From the NCBI RefSeq assembly GCF_009914755.1, contig NC_060932.1: DNA of 64,000 bases. The stretch is one strand, 5' to 3'. The DNA is from the human T2T-CHM13v2.0 reference genome, Homo sapiens. Made by a program: the position numbers and the translations under genes. Within the stretch, counting starts at the first letter, position 1. Every line of letters starts with the position of its first letter. The notes beneath the pieces were generated by a model. That model searched no databases. It was not told the origin of the DNA and worked only from the letters and a program-made list of their open reading frames with translations. This document shows, piece after piece, positions 58,831-64,000 of the stretch.

Positions 58831-61800
58831 ACCACATCCCTAATGGGATGATTTTCACATTCGTATAAATAATATGTTGTGTATTTTTGAAAACTGCGCT
58901 GAGAGGAAACCAAAAGCATTTTTGAATTATGTGTTAATCACTTCTTATAGACTGTCCAGGGATATTCAGATTTTTCTTTCAAATAACATTTTATTAGTGT
59001 GTAAGTCTTAATAAGTGACAGGTAAATAGATCATTCCAGTAGCTACCATGTATGATTCATAAAGGCAGAACAGGCGTCCTGGGAAGGTGTTAGGAGGGAA
59101 AGCTCGGATCTAGGGAGACTGCTCTGAAAACAAGGAAGGATGTTTATGGAATGAACTCTTTTGTTCAACCATGGCGATGTCTGGATCAGGGCAGCCTTGG
59201 AGGATTTATGGCCTCCAGTCTGGAGAAGGTAGGTGGGCTCGCATTATCTGTGTTGTAAGAAAAGTGTGTGAGGTCTTTGAGCCTAAGGCTGTCCAGGTAA
59301 CAAAAGACTCTGTCAAAAAAATATGTCTATTTAGAGTTCTTTGAGAGTAATATGTTGCTATTTATTTCACATCTGTGTCGGGTATTGAGCATTTTCCTTG
59401 CTTTGCGGTTGTAACAAGATCCTCAGCTTTCTTCCTTTTAAAGGTTGGGGAGCTAATTTCTTGTAGGAAATAACACATTAAATCCAAGCGTATCACTAAA
59501 ACATGTGTGCCTTCTCTTTTTGCTCAATTAAAAGATTGAGCTGTTCGTGTTTTGTTTGATATGGGGGTACTTATTGAACATTGTCAACCTAAAGCATTTT
59601 GAGTAACCAAGAGAAAAATCAGGATGGCCTAATTCACTAAAATTCCAAGTACATTTGGGATGTATTTTTATACTTCTTAATTATGAGATTTTAAATTGCT
59701 TTATTTTTAAAGGTTGAGTGTGAGCTGAGTGTGTGTCTTTTTCTGTAGTCCTACCATCCTTTCTGCAAAACTCAAGTGAAAATTATTTATTTAGGATGCC
59801 CTATTGAGATATAGTGGAATGTCTTTGTTTGCATTTATTCTTTTTCTGGGATTTTGGTTATATCTATAGCTGTAAATAAAGGGGAAAGGAAGGCTTGGAG
59901 TGCATGTTAGGACAAGAGGTCCCAAGTAGGAAAAAAAGTCTTGCCTTAGAGCTATGCCTTGGGAAGTGCTTTTTATTTAGTAACCTAATCAGGACATGCC
60001 TGTGTCTATTTATTGTTGGATGAGCTTTTGAAGTACATATTGCCTGAAAGAGAATTTTTCAAGTGGTTACCTATTTTTTTTTTTTTCTCCTCTGGCTGGA
60101 GAAAAGTTAGAACAGAAGGGAACGCCGTGTATTATTTTTGTTGTTCTTCACTAAAGACATAGTCTTGGCTACTTCGGAAAAAGAAGGAAGGTATGAAATG
60201 GTGGTTAATCCTTTCCTCCATTTTGTCCCCAATTGCTTGCAGTGTCTCTTCACCCTATCGAGAAACACTTTCTCAAAGCTGTCTCTGTACTGTGCTGATA
60301 TCAGAGGAGTCAACTAAAAGTGATTTTCTCTGTAGACAGTTATTCTAGTTTATGGGATGTATTATAAAACTATTGGGGAAAATCACTGAACTACTAAGGT
60401 AAGGGAAATAGCTTAAGGATCTATGATCCATATTTGAAATAGTCATTAAGTTATATAATTGGATTTTTAGAGAACAAGATAGAGCAGTTTCAGGATGTAA
60501 GGTGTAAAATAAATCTGGTCCATGAACTGCTTCCAAATTGTCACCCTGACCAGAAGAAGTAACATTCCTCAGGTTGTGGCTTTATCTAGAAAGGGGAAAT
60601 GGCTATTTCTGGATTAGCTTTATACAAATGAGTGTATTTCCCACCTGCTGCTTTTGCCTAGGGTTGGAATTTTTCCTTTTCACTGCTTGTTACTTGGCGT
60701 TTGGATGGAAACGTATCCTCCCTTTCAGAGCCAGAAGATTCTGTGTGAGTCATCAAGAAAAATTTCTCCGAGGAGTTATTAATTCAGTTAGTTGCTCCAT
60801 AGTAAATGGTTCATGCAACAGTGATAAACCTCTGAATTTGAAATCTTTCTTTAAAATCTTTTTTCCTTCAAAAAATGCATACAGTGGATTGCTGAGCATC
60901 TAAAATCCCGCACTGTTCAGCACTGTCATTCTTGGTAATTGCTTTTTAGAGGATTTGGTGGTGTTTTGCTGCTTAAGCTAAACCACGAAGTTAAACTTTT
61001 GTACTGTGGAAGTAGTTCATGAATCCTTTAGATTTCTTGGAAGAGGAAAGATGAGTGTGTGGTGAATATATATGAATATCGCATATTTGAATGTGTTACT
61101 TACTAGTTTTGGTTGAGCATTAAGGTTGCCCCTAATGGATGGGATCTCTGCCAGGGGTAACTCTTGGAGTCCTAGGTGCTATTGGGGAGGAACCTTTCAT
61201 TCTCGGCATTCTGGGGGAGATTTACATCTGTAAGCCGGATAAAAATATGTGGAAAGGTGATTAGTTTAATTGGCCCACTATTATAATTATTCAGTAGGAG
61301 GTGGCTGTGGGACTGCTATTATAGCCCAAAATGCCTGGTAGGAAGAGGCGGAGACTCATTGAAAACAGCAGCAAGGTTATAAAACGTTGGTTTAAACGTG
61401 CATTTAATAACAGATTACCCTGGTGCTTTAAAGACAGAGGAATGCTTAAGTATTTGGTACAAGAATCCATCCAAAAAAAGACGCGGATTTTTTTTCAAAG
61501 ATAATTGTGGGAAATTCTGCTAATGATTTCTTTTCCCTTAAAATATCATACAGGGGAGTAGGATTTAGGTAGGTGTAAAGTTGCTCAACGTGTTGGTAAC
61601 TTTAAGATTATTTCTTCTCTGGTTGTTGCCACAGACACTCAGGGTGGCCACAATGGTGGTGTTGTTTTAGGCTTCTTTCAAAAAAGAAGTCCAGTCCAGG
61701 ATAATGTTGTAAAGTGGAGTATTTTTCTTTCACATCAAAGGGCAAGGAATGTTTTACAGACAGTGAGCTAAGAAGTAGGGCACAGATATTTCAGTACTTG

Positions 61801-63419
61801 CGTTGGGAAACTATGTGTGGAATGTCATAGTTCATATACCAGAGACCCCGAAGTGAATCCAGGTGCCTGCACGGTGCTGACTTTTCCTGGAGTGAGATGA
61901 CTGTAGGCAGAAATTGCAGCCAGATGAACCTAAAATAAAATTGATGGCTTTATTGGACATTCTTTTCATGAGATTTAACTTCTTAACGTGCACATACATC
62001 ACTCTGGGGATGTCATTATCATGGCTGACCTTTCGTTTGGGGGAGCTGCTGCTCGCTGTCTGTGCAGCTCCGATCAGCTTGGCTTTGATTACCACCCACA
62101 TCTGTTGAGCATGTGAGAGAGAGATTTTGAAAAATCTCAAGCACACTGACAACTGGCTACAAAGATTTAATTAAGACCGGTCAGAACTAATTTCAGTTAT
62201 ATATTCCAGTTTAGGGTATCAACTCCTCTGGTTTCAGAAGGGGGAGTTATGACTTCCTAAAAGTTGTTGTTGAAGGCAGCATGAGGAAATCTCCTTGGGC
62301 AAGCAGTGGGTTTCTTTGTCCTAGCTCCCCCACTGCTACCTGGGGTTAATGATTGCAGGGTGGCTGGCGTAATGAACCAGTGCCGGAAAGCTTATTATCA
62401 ACATGCTGAAGTCATATTTAGAAATCATTCCTCCTCCTTTTTTCTCCTTTCCAATACAAGTCAGAGCACTGCTGTGGTTCCACCTAATAAATACTGCAGG
62501 CTTCATTGGGCTGTTCAATGAGACCTAATATAGTATCATTTGTGCACTTTAGTGGGTGGTTCCTATTTATATTTTTGTGTGGTTTACTGCTCAATCTTGG
62601 GAAGATGTGGGGTTTGAGGGTTTATCAGTTGCAGTTTTTTGTGGAACCAGTTTGAGTGAGACAAGACTTTGGCCATTATTTGTCGGGTTACATGGATCTC
62701 CATATGAGCTATGAAGATACTGGAATAATTGGGTCACAATAATGTAAAATCGTAGTCTGTACTTTCAGCTCATTCCAGAGGAATGATTGGAAGCCCTGCT
62801 CTCCCTCTCTTCTGCATGCAAACCTCAGGTGTGATTTCGGCCTGTGCCCAAGTGTTCTTGAAATGTTCAAGGCTGTCCGTTCCCACTCTGTGATGAGGCT
62901 TCCGGTTGATGTGTGACATCACTTAGGGCAGGAACTGGCACTGTCTTGATCCTGGCTGTCCTAGAGAAGCTTCTGTGCTTGGCCTTGGGAAGCCACCCCA
63001 TTTGGTGCTGCTGTAGTCTCCTTTCTGCTCCTCTTTTAACAGCTGCCTCCCACCTGTGCTCACTTCCACCTGCAGGCCTTGTTTTCCAGTGGCACTGGAG
63101 TGCCATGCTGAGGTCACTGGACAAGTTCCTTATCAGAGCCCCCTTCCCATTAGAGTGAGGCTGCACCCCATCCTGCCTGGGCTTACTTTGTGCGTTGCTT
63201 GGGGGCATGGAGAAGGTTCTTGCCCTTGCTGCTTTATATGAGGTCCAATTCCTCCAGTGTTTGCCATCTCCTTTAGAGCTCTCTGGTGACAAAACCTTCT
63301 TCAGCTTGTCTACCCTCCAGGCTGGTGAGTTGAACTCAGACTGGTGCTCGGAAAGGTTAAAGGACTTGTCCAAGATGTTACCTTACTGGCAAACTGCATT
63401 CCCAAGTCTTTATTGATCT

Positions 63420-63570
63420 CCGAGGGCATCTCTTAATTTGTTGGAGTTTTCTTTTCCTGGAAAAAATACTGCTTGGGTCTCAGTTTCTCCACATATAAAA
63501 TCAGAATAAGACCATAAATTCATGTAGTTGAAAGGGGCGGTTTCAGGAAGAAAACTAAGATAATGAAAGC
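63420..63570 (+). mobile_element. MIR SINE fragment
   Basis: gggtctcagtttctccacatataaaat resembles the MIR core. Confidence 0.45.
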
Positions 63571-64000
63571 CTCCGGAAAAGGGTCTGGGACGACATTATT
63601 TACAGAGTACTTTCCACACATTGTCAGGGTGGGGCCGCACAGGAACCTTGTGGGGTAGGCATCATTGACCTGTTTCAAAAATGAACAAAGTCAGTCCCAG
63701 AGACCTTGAATGGAGGCTTATCAAAGCTAAGCATACGGCTTCAAGTTTAACCGTCAAATGGTAGAGTTAGTCATGGCTTTTGGATGTGCGGGCCAGGCAT
63801 GGTGCAGGGCCAGGTATGTTTTAGCCTTGTGGTTCTTTTCCTGATATTTCGGTCCTGTGGGCCTCCCCAAAGTGGCTTTGCACCTATGTTTGTTATGGGC
63901 ATAAGGAAGTTAGAATTCTATGAATATGTACTGATTTTTTGTGATTCTGAATTTAAATAGGCCTCTATAAAGCTAATACTTGAAGTTTTGTTGTAATGAA

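Overview
Primate (very likely human) genomic DNA, about half transposon-derived (Alu, L1, MIR, L2, MaLR/ERV1 LTRs, hAT MER elements). A ~2 kb CpG island near 31.2-33.2 kb holds the promoter and first exon of syndecan-2 (SDC2, + strand). The coding part of exon 1 (31991-32050) encodes MRRAWILLTLGLVACVSAES and ends at a canonical GTGAGT donor. The ~31 kb upstream looks intergenic, and everything after 32051 looks like intron 1; I did not recognise a second exon. Nearly all other ORFs in the track are repeat-derived or GC-content artefacts. I found no new multi-gene system. The most unusual signals are structural: a 33-nt two-donor templated insertion inside an Alu, copied from sites ~0.85 and ~1.5 kb away; a polyadenylated, TSD-flanked HERV-H LTR7 retrocopy antisense in SDC2 intron 1; an old ~190-bp inverted duplication in intron 1; a tail-less AluY fragment inside an ERV1 LTR; and a trimeric recombinant Alu. 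Repeat subfamily names come from remembered consensus motifs, not from a database search, and boundaries of old repeats are approximate.
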